From: an uncultured delta proteobacterium
Lineage (GTDB): Bacteria > Myxococcota_A > Polyangia > Haliangiales > Haliangiaceae
Direction: 5' to 3'
NCBI GenBank assembly: GCA_963848295.1
Contig: CAWKDB010000004.1
Location: forward strand, 160,001-224,000
Length of the DNA stretch: 64,000 nt
Shown: piece by piece, positions 52,932 to 64,000 of the stretch
Position numbering within the stretch: the stretch's first letter is position 1
Layout: every line of letters begins with the position of its first letter
The notes under the pieces: generated by a model
Seen by the model: the letters and a program-made list of their open reading frames with translations, nothing else
Told to the model about the DNA's origin: nothing
Database searches by the model: none
Translations under genes and position numbers: made by a program

Positions 52932-54193
52932 GGGTACTTGAGCTCCAGCCGTTGCGTGTCCGACTGCTGGTCGTGCGCGTAGATCGCGATCGCGCCCGCG
53001 GCGAGCGCACCGCCGACGACCACGTAGACCCACCAGCGCGTGCCCTCCGGTTTCTCACCGGCGGTGCGGTGGCCGTAGCGATCCTCGGTGCCGCTCTCGA
53101 GCAACAACGGGCGATCCGGATCGGGAGCGTGCTCGGTCCAGCCGCGGACGCGATCCGCGGTCAGCGCGAGCAGCCGGTCTATGTCGTCGAGCTTCGCGAT
53201 GCCGTCGGCGCCGCCGAGGCGATGCGCATCCTCGGTGCGACCTGCTTGGCCCCAGGACTCGACGGTGTCGCCCGATCGGATCAACGCGACGCGAGCGTGG
53301 ACCTGCCCGAGTACCCACGCGATCTCGGTCGCGGCCGGCAGCTTGCCACCCCAGCTCGCGACGCGCTTGGCGACCGCGGCCCATGGACCGGTGACATCGG
53401 GCATCGCGATGGCGATGACCGGCTGCGTCTTGACGACCGTACCGGTCACCGCGCCGCGCCTCTCGCCTTTCGCCGCGGCGATGATGTGCTCGCCTGCGGG
53501 CAACGAGACTTGTAACGGCGATACGCCGGCGCGCTGCAGATCGATCCACACGTCGGCGCCCGCGACCTCGGTCGTGATGTCGAGCTCGAGCTGCTCGATG
53601 CCGAGTACGACGTCGGCGGTGGGATAGCGCGCGAGCACCGCGGCGACACCGCTCGCGGCCTGATCCGGCCCGGCTACACCGCTCGATGGCGGTGCGGCTC
53701 CATGGCCGTCGCCGGTCGCGTCGAGCGCGCGCAGCCGCGTGGCGGCGAGCGTCGCTTCGCTCGTCAGCCCTTCACGGTCCGCGCAAAGCAACACATACGT
53801 CAACGCGCGTGCGAGCTCGGGCACGGGCAGGCCGGCGGCTTGGCGAGCGGCGCCGAGCGGCACCGCGACCCGGGCGGCGGCGAGCGCGTCCTTGCACGCG
53901 AGCTCGCCAAACGCGTGCTCGGCTTGCCCGACGGCGACTTGCAGTGCGATCGCGTCGCGATCGATCGCGATCCCGGCGAGCGCGTCCTCGACACCGTCGC
54001 CGATCACCGGCGAGAACCCGGCCGCGACGATCGCGGTCGCGAGCTTGTGGCGGATCACACCGCCGTCGCTCGGCCCCAGATCGATCACCGCCGCGCGCTC
54101 GTGCTGCGCGTTCGGCGCGGCACGCGCGGTCGCCGCAGCCGCCAGCGCGGCTACGACGCCACTAGCTGCTCGAAATACTTGTTGAGCGCCCAT
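52928..54193 (-). CDS. Secreted/membrane protein with PEGA-like domain
   Basis: GADVWID...GVSPL...LPAGEH PEGA-like motif; C-terminal RWWVYVVVGG TM; start uncertain. Confidence 0.65.
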   Translation of the reverse strand: MGAQQVFRAASGVVAALAAAATARAAPNAQHERAAVIDLGPSDGGVIRHKLATAIVAAGFSPVIGDGVEDALAGIAIDRDAIALQVAVGQAEHAFGELACKDALAAARVAVPLGAARQAAGLPVPELARALTYVLLCADREGLTSEATLAATRLRALDATGDGHGAAPPSSGVAGPDQAASGVAAVLARYPTADVVLGIEQLELDITTEVAGADVWIDLQRAGVSPLQVSLPAGEHIIAAAKGERRGAVTGTVVKTQPVIAIAMPDVTGPWAAVAKRVASWGGKLPAATEIAWVLGQVHARVALIRSGDTVESWGQAGRTEDAHRLGGADGIAKLDDIDRLLALTADRVRGWTEHAPDPDRPLLLESGTEDRYGHRTAGEKPEGTRWWVYVVVGGALAAGAIAIYAHDQQSDTQRLELKYP

Positions 54194-54468
54194 ACATCAC
54201 GCGCCCGGAGCCCGTCGAATTGGAGCCCGGTCGCTTTGTCGTCCGACCAGCGCACGACCGCGCCGATATCGATCGCCTCGTCGGATGTCGGAATCGCGAA
54301 CGTGATCTGCACGCGCACGCCCATCGCGAGCTTCGCACCGAGCGTCACGAGCGCACCACCGAGTGAGAGGTTCACCAAACCGCAATTGCGAGGAGCTCCG
54401 TCGATCGCGAGCTTGGCGGTCAGCGAGACGTCGTGGCGAGTAGATGAACGGCGGTTGTCGGTGGTCAA
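54151..54468 (-). CDS. Single-domain PilZ protein
   Basis: RRSSTR (RxxxR), NLSLGG (D/NxSxxG), VVRW, GLQF. Confidence 0.88.
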   Translation of the reverse strand: MTTDNRRSSTRHDVSLTAKLAIDGAPRNCGLVNLSLGGALVTLGAKLAMGVRVQITFAIPTSDEAIDIGAVVRWSDDKATGLQFDGLRARDVWALNKYFEQLVAS

Positions 54469-54568
54469 GGCGCTCTCCGCTCACCATTGTATGCGGACCG
54501 CCTCCAAGGATGACGCTCGCCAGCCGAATTCGCACCTAGCCGTTGGGGCCGGGGCTCCGCGTGGACAG

Positions 54569-55612
54569 CTACGTCAGCTTGATATCGATGTAGGCCTTCT
54601 TACGAAGCTCTTCGACCCACACCTGGGTCTGCTTATCGAGCTCGCGTCGGCGCAGCTCGCGCTGCAGCTGTTCTTTCATCTCGGCGTACGGTTTCAGTGA
54701 ATTCTTCTTGATGTCGGTGACCAGGAACACGTGGAGGCCCTGTGGTCCGGGCACCGGACCGCGGATCTCGCCCTTCGCCATCGAGAACACGATCGGCTCC
54801 CAGGCTTGATTGATGCTGCCGCGTTCGAACCAGCCGAGCTGGCCTCCGGAGTTCTTCGTGCTGCCGTCGTCCGACATGTCGGCCGCGACCTTGGCGAAGT
54901 CCTCGCCGGCCTTGACCCGCGAGATCGCCGTGGCCGCCTTCTCCTTCGCCGCGGCGACCTGCTGCTCGGTGGGGTTCGCAGGCAAATCGAACCTCATGTG
55001 CGCGAGCTGGACGGCGCTGACCGCTTGCGAGCGCTGCGCCATCTGGTCGTAGCGACCTCGGACGTCCTCCTCGGTGATCTGTACCTTCGGCGATACGAGC
55101 TGGTTGATCGCGCGCAGCCGGAGCAGCTGCCGCTTCAGGTCCTGCTTGTAGTTCGCGATCGTGTAGCCCTGCTGACCGAGCGCCTGCTGGAGCCCGGCTT
55201 CGTCGAGGTTATTGTTCTGCTTGATCTCGTCGAGCGCGGCCTGGACCTCCGAGCTATCGACCTCGATCTTCGCTTCGTCGGCGGCCTGGACGATCAGCTC
55301 CTCGCTCACCATGTCGTCGAGCAGCTGGCTGCGCATCTTCGCCTTGCGCCGCTCGCGCTCCGCCGGATCGGTGATCTGCGCGATCTCTTGCATCACCGGG
55401 ATCATCCGGGCATCGAGCTCGCTCGACAGGATGATCGCGTCGTTGACGACCGCGACGACGCGCTCGAGCGATAGCTTCTTGCCCGCGTTCGGCGACTTGA
55501 GCTTGGCGTCGTCGGAGCCGGCGGCGGCGAGCCGGGGCGCGATCGCCAGTGTCAACGCGAGGACACCGACGGCAACAAGCGACTTCGGGGACATGGGGAT
55601 AAGACCTGACAT
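54569..55612 (-). CDS. surA: SurA-like periplasmic chaperone/parvulin PPIase
   Basis: ERVVAVVND SurA N-domain; GEDFAKVAADMSDD...GGQLGWF. Confidence 0.85.
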   Translation of the reverse strand: MSGLIPMSPKSLVAVGVLALTLAIAPRLAAAGSDDAKLKSPNAGKKLSLERVVAVVNDAIILSSELDARMIPVMQEIAQITDPAERERRKAKMRSQLLDDMVSEELIVQAADEAKIEVDSSEVQAALDEIKQNNNLDEAGLQQALGQQGYTIANYKQDLKRQLLRLRAINQLVSPKVQITEEDVRGRYDQMAQRSQAVSAVQLAHMRFDLPANPTEQQVAAAKEKAATAISRVKAGEDFAKVAADMSDDGSTKNSGGQLGWFERGSINQAWEPIVFSMAKGEIRGPVPGPQGLHVFLVTDIKKNSLKPYAEMKEQLQRELRRRELDKQTQVWVEELRKKAYIDIKLT

Positions 55613-55628
55613 TCGTTCGGTTGGTTGC

Positions 55629-56654
55629 CTACGGCTGCGTTCCCGAGCCCGAGCCCGTTCCAGCCGAAACCGGTGGTGGCACGAGGTCTTTGCGGTCGTC
55701 GCCCGGGGCGTTCGAGGTGTCGATCTTGACCTTCGCGAGCGCGCCGTCCATCACCTCGATCTTGGCCTGGGCCTTGAGGTTGTCGACGAAGTCCTTTTGC
55801 GCCTGCAAGCGCTTGTCGCGGAACAGCTTGCTGCGGATCTGCGACTTCGCGTCGTCGAACGTCTTGGTCAACGCCTTGCGCCGGCCGGTCTGCTTGAGGA
55901 TGTAGAACTGGCCGTTGCCGGCATCGATCACGCCCGAGACATCGCCGGTCTGGGCGAGCGCGAACGCGGCCTTGACGACCGCGGCCGGCACGTCCTTCGC
56001 CGGCGTGGTCGCGTTGAAGTAGCGCAGATCGCCGCCGCGCAGCTTGGTCTCCTCGTCCGCCGAGTACTTGCCGACGAGGTCGCGAAACCCTTTGTTGGTC
56101 TTGCCCGCATCGCCCTTGGCTTCTAGCAACACGCGGTCGGCCTGCGCCTTGTTCTTGAGGATGATCGCGGACGCGCGAACCTCCTCGGGCTTGACGTAAT
56201 CGGTGATCGTCGAGTCGTAGTACTTCTTCATCTCGTCGTCGGTGATCGAGTCGGCGGTGACCTTGCTGTCGAACTCGTCGCGCATCAGCTTCTGGATCAT
56301 CACCTGCTTCATCGTGCGGACGACCTCGGGATCCTTGTCGAAGCCGCGGCGATACGCTTCCTTCGCGAGGATCTCGAAGCGCACCATCGACTCGAGGAAC
56401 TCCTTCTTGAGCTCGAGGGAGGTGTAGCGCTGGCGGATGTACGGCGACTGCCGGTTGATGCGATCTTGGAACTCACCGAGCGTGATCGTCACATCATCGA
56501 TCTTCGCGACCGGCGTGTTGAGCTCGTCGTTGCTCTGGCCACCGAGCGCAGTGGCTCTGGCGGTCGCCGCGTGGGGTGCGGGCTTGCCGTCATCGTGCTT
56601 CTGGCAGCCGACGCACAGTGCGAGCGCGCACGCAATTCCGGTAAGCTTCTGCAC
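55629..56654 (-). CDS. Parvulin-type peptidyl-prolyl isomerase lipoprotein
   Basis: Lipobox CVGC; VAKID; EEVRASAI; GGDLRYF. Confidence 0.88.
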   Translation of the reverse strand: MQKLTGIACALALCVGCQKHDDGKPAPHAATARATALGGQSNDELNTPVAKIDDVTITLGEFQDRINRQSPYIRQRYTSLELKKEFLESMVRFEILAKEAYRRGFDKDPEVVRTMKQVMIQKLMRDEFDSKVTADSITDDEMKKYYDSTITDYVKPEEVRASAIILKNKAQADRVLLEAKGDAGKTNKGFRDLVGKYSADEETKLRGGDLRYFNATTPAKDVPAAVVKAAFALAQTGDVSGVIDAGNGQFYILKQTGRRKALTKTFDDAKSQIRSKLFRDKRLQAQKDFVDNLKAQAKIEVMDGALAKVKIDTSNAPGDDRKDLVPPPVSAGTGSGSGTQP

Positions 56655-56660
56655 GGTTAA

Positions 56661-60278
<3,618 letters not shown>

Positions 60279-60324
60279 CGCGGCGCAAGCTAGCATGCGG
60301 GTCGCGGGTGCTACACTCCAGCGA

Positions 60325-61662
60325 GTGCGCCGAGCGGTCGTCGCGATCTCGCTGCTAGTCGCCGGCATCGCGCACGCGGATGCCGACCGAGACGATGCGC
60401 TCGTCAAGCTGCTCGCGCGCACCGACGCGGTGTCGCACGAGGTCTCGAAGATCCGCGGCCTGCCGCTCAAGCACCCGATCCCGAACGAGATCGTCGACAA
60501 AGCCGAGCTGCGCGCCCGCCTCATCGCAGAAGCGAGCGACCGCAAGACCGAGGCCGAGATGCGCGCCGAAGGCCTGGGCCTCGCGCGCTGGGGCCTGATC
60601 CCGCTGGACACGGATTACGAAAAGCTCGTCATCGATCTGCTGACCGAACAGATCGCCGGCTACTACGATCCGAAAACGAAGCGACTGTCGATCGCGCGCA
60701 GCTCCGGCGACGATGCCGACTGGGCGGAGATGGTGCTCGCGCACGAGATCGATCACGGCCTGCAAGATCAGAGTTACGACCTCCAAGCGTTCGAGAAGCT
60801 TCCGCCGGGCGAAGACGACGCGTCGCTCGCGCGCGATGCGCTCGTCGAGGGCGATGGCATCGCGCTGATGATCGAGGTCATGCTGTCCCGGCTACATCGC
60901 GCGCCGCCATGGTCCGATCCGGAAGTCGCGAACGAGCTGACCAAGGCGATGGATGCGCCTGGGGCCGCCGGCGATGCGAGCAGCGCCGCGTTCGATCGGG
61001 CCCCGCTCGCGGTGCGCGAGGCGATGCTGTTTCCGTATCGCGCCGGCCTGGGGTTCGTCGCGGCGCTGCGCCGTCGCCACGCGTGGACCGCGATCGACGC
61101 CGCGTTCAAACGGCCGCCGCGCTCGACCGAGCAGATCCTCCATCCCGATCTCTATCTCGCCGACGATCGGCCGGTGCCGGTGACCGCGGGCGTGCCACCG
61201 GTGCTCGCGGGCTATGCGATCGCGGAGTCGACGGTGTGGGGCGAGCTCGGGTTCGACCTGTTCTTGCGGTCGCACGGGGTCGGCGAGCTCGTCGCGAGCG
61301 AAGCCGCGGCCGGCTGGGGCGGTGATCGCGTGATCACGCTGGCGCCGGCCGCCGACGTCGCGACCGCGCGGCCGGAGCACGCGGTCGGCCTCGCGCGCTT
61401 CGAGTGGGACAGCGAGGTCGATGCGATCGAAGCGTACGACGCGGCGACTCGCGCGATGGCCGACGCCGTGCTCGGTGCGACGGTCGACCACGGCTATACG
61501 CAGACGAGCTGGCTCGCGCTCGACGGCACGTTCGCGTGGGTCGAGCGCCGAGGTCCTTCCCTCGTGATCGCGATCGGCGTGCCGGCGTGGGCCGAGCCCG
61601 CGCTGCTCGATCAGGCGTGGACCGCGACCGGCGTGGCTCGACCCGGCAAGCGCGCGCGCTAG
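60325..61662 (+). CDS. Secreted putative Zn-dependent metalloprotease
   Basis: Signal peptide (…AHA); IAGYYDP, AHEIDHGLQDQ, LVEGDG, FPY, STEQILHP, AAGWGGDR; alternative start 60295. Confidence 0.78.
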   Translation: MRRAVVAISLLVAGIAHADADRDDALVKLLARTDAVSHEVSKIRGLPLKHPIPNEIVDKAELRARLIAEASDRKTEAEMRAEGLGLARWGLIPLDTDYEKLVIDLLTEQIAGYYDPKTKRLSIARSSGDDADWAEMVLAHEIDHGLQDQSYDLQAFEKLPPGEDDASLARDALVEGDGIALMIEVMLSRLHRAPPWSDPEVANELTKAMDAPGAAGDASSAAFDRAPLAVREAMLFPYRAGLGFVAALRRRHAWTAIDAAFKRPPRSTEQILHPDLYLADDRPVPVTAGVPPVLAGYAIAESTVWGELGFDLFLRSHGVGELVASEAAAGWGGDRVITLAPAADVATARPEHAVGLARFEWDSEVDAIEAYDAATRAMADAVLGATVDHGYTQTSWLALDGTFAWVERRGPSLVIAIGVPAWAEPALLDQAWTATGVARPGKRAR

Positions 61663-61724
61663 TCCAGCGCGAACATGCGCGTCATTAATATAGTTCGCGG
61701 TGCCCTCCGGGCGAGCCACGCGAA

Positions 61725-63005
61725 TCAGTCCGACAGCACGCGCGAGTTGGTCTCGCTCATCGGCCACATGATCAGGAGGCCGATGACGCCGTAGATCATC
61801 ACGTAGAACGCGGGGGCCATCGGCACCTCGAGCGCGCGGATCAGCCAGGTCGAGATGAACGGCGCGAGCCCGCCGGCGAGCGCGAGCGTGACGCTGTACG
61901 CGAAGCTCATCGACGTGACGCGCGAGCGCAGCGGAAAGATCTCGACGACCATCGCGCCTTGCATGCCGAGCGCCATCCCGATCGGAATCGCGATCAACGT
62001 CTGCCCGAGCGCGAACGTCACGGGCGATCCGTTCAACATGAAGTCGAGCGCGAAGTAGACGACCGCGAGCATCGCGACCGTCAGCGCGATCATCAGCCTG
62101 CGCCGGCCGATCTTGTCGGACAGCCAGCCGCCGAACGGCTTCGCGACGAGCGCGACGACCAGTACGATCGTGTTCGCGAGCAAGAAGCTCGACCCGTTCG
62201 GCTCGTGCTTGCGCGTATCGACCGCGAACGTGAATGTCACGTAGTACGCGGCGTTCGTCATCGCGACGATCCCGAACGTCTGAACGATCGGCCGCCAGTC
62301 CGCGACGAGCGACGCGAACACCGGCGGGCGTTCGGCCGCCGCCTTGTGTCCCTCGTCGGGCTCGACGATGCCTCGACGTAACAAGTAGCCGACGATGCAG
62401 AACGTCACGCTCGCGATGAACGGGATGCGCCAGCCCCAGCTCGCGGCGGCGCCGGCATCGAGACACGCGGACACGAGATAAGCCGCGCCGGAGCCGAGGA
62501 TGAACCCGATCGTCGTGCCCGCCGCGGTCGAGCTGCTGATCAACCCGCGCAGCCCGGGCGACGCGAGCTCGGTCGTGTACACCATCGAGCCGGTGAACTC
62601 GCCGCCGAGCGAGAAGCCTTGGATCAGCCGCACCACGACGAGCAAGATCGGTGCGGCGACTCCGGCCGTCGCGTAGGTCGGCAACAAGCCGAGCGCGAGC
62701 GTCGAGCCGCCCATGAGGCCGATCGATAACGTGAGCAGCGCGCGCCGGCCGATGCGGTCGCCGACCTGGCCGAGCACGAGACTGCCGATCGGACGCGCGA
62801 CGAAGCCGAGCGCGAAGACCGCGAACGCGAGCAGCTGCTGCGCGGTCGGGCTCGACTGCGGGAAGAACAGCTTGCCGATGTCGTCGGCGAAATAACCGTA
62901 GACCGCGAAGTCGAACCACTCGAGCACGTTGCCGATCAAGCCGGCGAGCGCGGTCCGAACCTGGGATTGCTGAGCGCTCACGTCGTGCCGGGCCGCCCTG
63001 TCCAC
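61725..63005 (-). CDS. MFS transporter, metabolite:H+ symporter (ProP-like)
   Basis: GNVLEWFDF, ARPIG, GDRIGRR, RLIQGFSLGGE, WGWRIPF. Confidence 0.93.
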   Translation of the reverse strand: MDRAARHDVSAQQSQVRTALAGLIGNVLEWFDFAVYGYFADDIGKLFFPQSSPTAQQLLAFAVFALGFVARPIGSLVLGQVGDRIGRRALLTLSIGLMGGSTLALGLLPTYATAGVAAPILLVVVRLIQGFSLGGEFTGSMVYTTELASPGLRGLISSSTAAGTTIGFILGSGAAYLVSACLDAGAAASWGWRIPFIASVTFCIVGYLLRRGIVEPDEGHKAAAERPPVFASLVADWRPIVQTFGIVAMTNAAYYVTFTFAVDTRKHEPNGSSFLLANTIVLVVALVAKPFGGWLSDKIGRRRLMIALTVAMLAVVYFALDFMLNGSPVTFALGQTLIAIPIGMALGMQGAMVVEIFPLRSRVTSMSFAYSVTLALAGGLAPFISTWLIRALEVPMAPAFYVMIYGVIGLLIMWPMSETNSRVLSD

Positions 63006-63093
63006 GCTCGGACGCTAACACGCCATGTTCCAAAAATGAGACAGCGCATTTGGGGAGCCTTTGCGACCGCGATCGGCGTTACCCTAGCCCCGC

Positions 63094-63672
63094 ATGATCG
63101 CACGCAGTGCCCTCGGATCTGTCCTCGTCCTGATCGCGACGGCATGCGGCGGCTCGTCGTCGAACCCGCCCGTGATCGATGGCCACACGGACGGATCTAA
63201 TCCCCCGGCCGTCGATGCGGCGCCCGACATCGGCTACTACGATTTCGGCTGCGGCCCGAATCCCGCGTGTCACCTCAACGACCGATGCTGCGTGACGCTC
63301 GGCGCAACCACGACGTTCACCTGCGAAGCGCCGGCGAGCTGCCCGACGGCGGATCAGCTCGACTGCAATGGCCCTGCCGACTGCAGCGGTAGTACGCCGG
63401 TGTGCTGCGGCGTCGAGGTTCCCGACGGGACGGGAACGTCTCCGAATTGCGGGCTGACGTCGCTCGGCACCTCGTGCACGACGGCGGCCGCGTGTCCGAC
63501 GACGCTCGGCCAGACCTGCAACGACACCAGTAAAGTCCAGCTCTGCCACGTATCCGGAGATTGCACCGATCCGGACAACAACGATTGCTGCACGTTCGCG
63601 TCGGGCGCGGCGTCGCTGACGTTCTGCATCAACTCGACGCTCGCCGGGCTCGCCGGCGCGACTTGTCACTAG
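63094..63672 (+). CDS. Cys-rich lipoprotein
   Basis: Lipobox ATAC|GGSSS; 20 further Cys with repeated C...CC modules. Confidence 0.8.
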   Translation: MIARSALGSVLVLIATACGGSSSNPPVIDGHTDGSNPPAVDAAPDIGYYDFGCGPNPACHLNDRCCVTLGATTTFTCEAPASCPTADQLDCNGPADCSGSTPVCCGVEVPDGTGTSPNCGLTSLGTSCTTAAACPTTLGQTCNDTSKVQLCHVSGDCTDPDNNDCCTFASGAASLTFCINSTLAGLAGATCH

Positions 63673-64000
63673 CCGACCGGCGATAGCGGCGCCGCGAGGG
63701 AGTCGCGGTGCACCGTGCGCAGCTCGATGTGGCCCGGGTGCGGCGCGCTTCGATCGGCTCGGCGCTGGAGGTCAAAGCATGCACCGATCGCGAACCGCGC
63801 GTTGAGATAGGCGGCGAGCTCGGGTCGCGACACGGCACGACCGGTCGCGAGGTGGCGAATGCCGGTGAGCGCCGAGGCTGCGATCGCCCACACCCGCGCG
63901 GCCGCTTCTTCGGCCCACACCGCCGACCGCGCCTCGTCGGCGACGACCGTCATCGGCAGCTTGCGCGCGTGGCGCGAGCGCAACCAATCGAGGTGACCGT
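63669..64000 (-). CDS. C-terminal part of an RmlD-like sugar-nucleotide-binding protein (5' end beyond window)
   Basis: DEARSAV...GIRHLA...VSRPELA resembles the RmlD substrate-binding region. Confidence 0.5.
   Translation of the reverse strand, partial: GHLDWLRSRHARKLPMTVVADEARSAVWAEEAAARVWAIAASALTGIRHLATGRAVSRPELAAYLNARFAIGACFDLQRRADRSAPHPGHIELRTVHRDSLAAPLSPVG

Noticed and set aside
53640..53700. Small ACACCGCTCG direct repeat in the PEGA-like gene
   Set aside because: A local in-frame duplication (SGVA twice) with no sign of mobility.
61668..61699. CGCGAAC...GTTCGCG inverted repeat around an AT-rich core, considered as dif or attC
   Set aside because: Poor match to the XerC/XerD arms and attC boxes, single copy and no integrase. 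More simply a structure between convergent genes.

Overview
This is a very GC-rich chromosomal window. Gene content (multiple Hanks-type kinases, a MYXO-CTERM-type protease, a GltJ/AgmX-like protein, REC-DUF4388, many lipoproteins) points by inference to Myxococcota, possibly Haliangiales/Kofleriaceae-like. It holds about 45 genes. Housekeeping blocks are nif3-hisZ-purA, tex-mgtC, ribF and mfd-PPIase-surA-pilZ, plus an ATP-dependent DNA ligase, an IcmA-type B12 mutase and an adenine deaminase. I found no rRNA, tRNA, CRISPR array or transposase. At least seven apparent frameshifts (about 9450, 19572, 31648, 32233, 32455, 32577, 42003) split or falsely fuse genes; most are probably sequencing indels. 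Best candidates for something new: (1) an 873-aa toxin-like protein with an atypical C-terminal ADP-ribosyltransferase fold, followed by a compositionally distinct helical putative immunity gene, between a vapBC locus and a decayed TA module (28086-31694); (2) a translationally coupled operon of membrane kinase, paralogous pseudokinase and metallophosphoesterase (7151-11958); (3) a palindromic REP-like element inserted in frame in mfd; (4) a candidate small RNA with an anti-SD loop; (5) a cytochrome P460-fold lipoprotein lacking the cross-linking Lys, coupled to a large lipoprotein. All family assignments come from motif recognition by eye; no searches were run.
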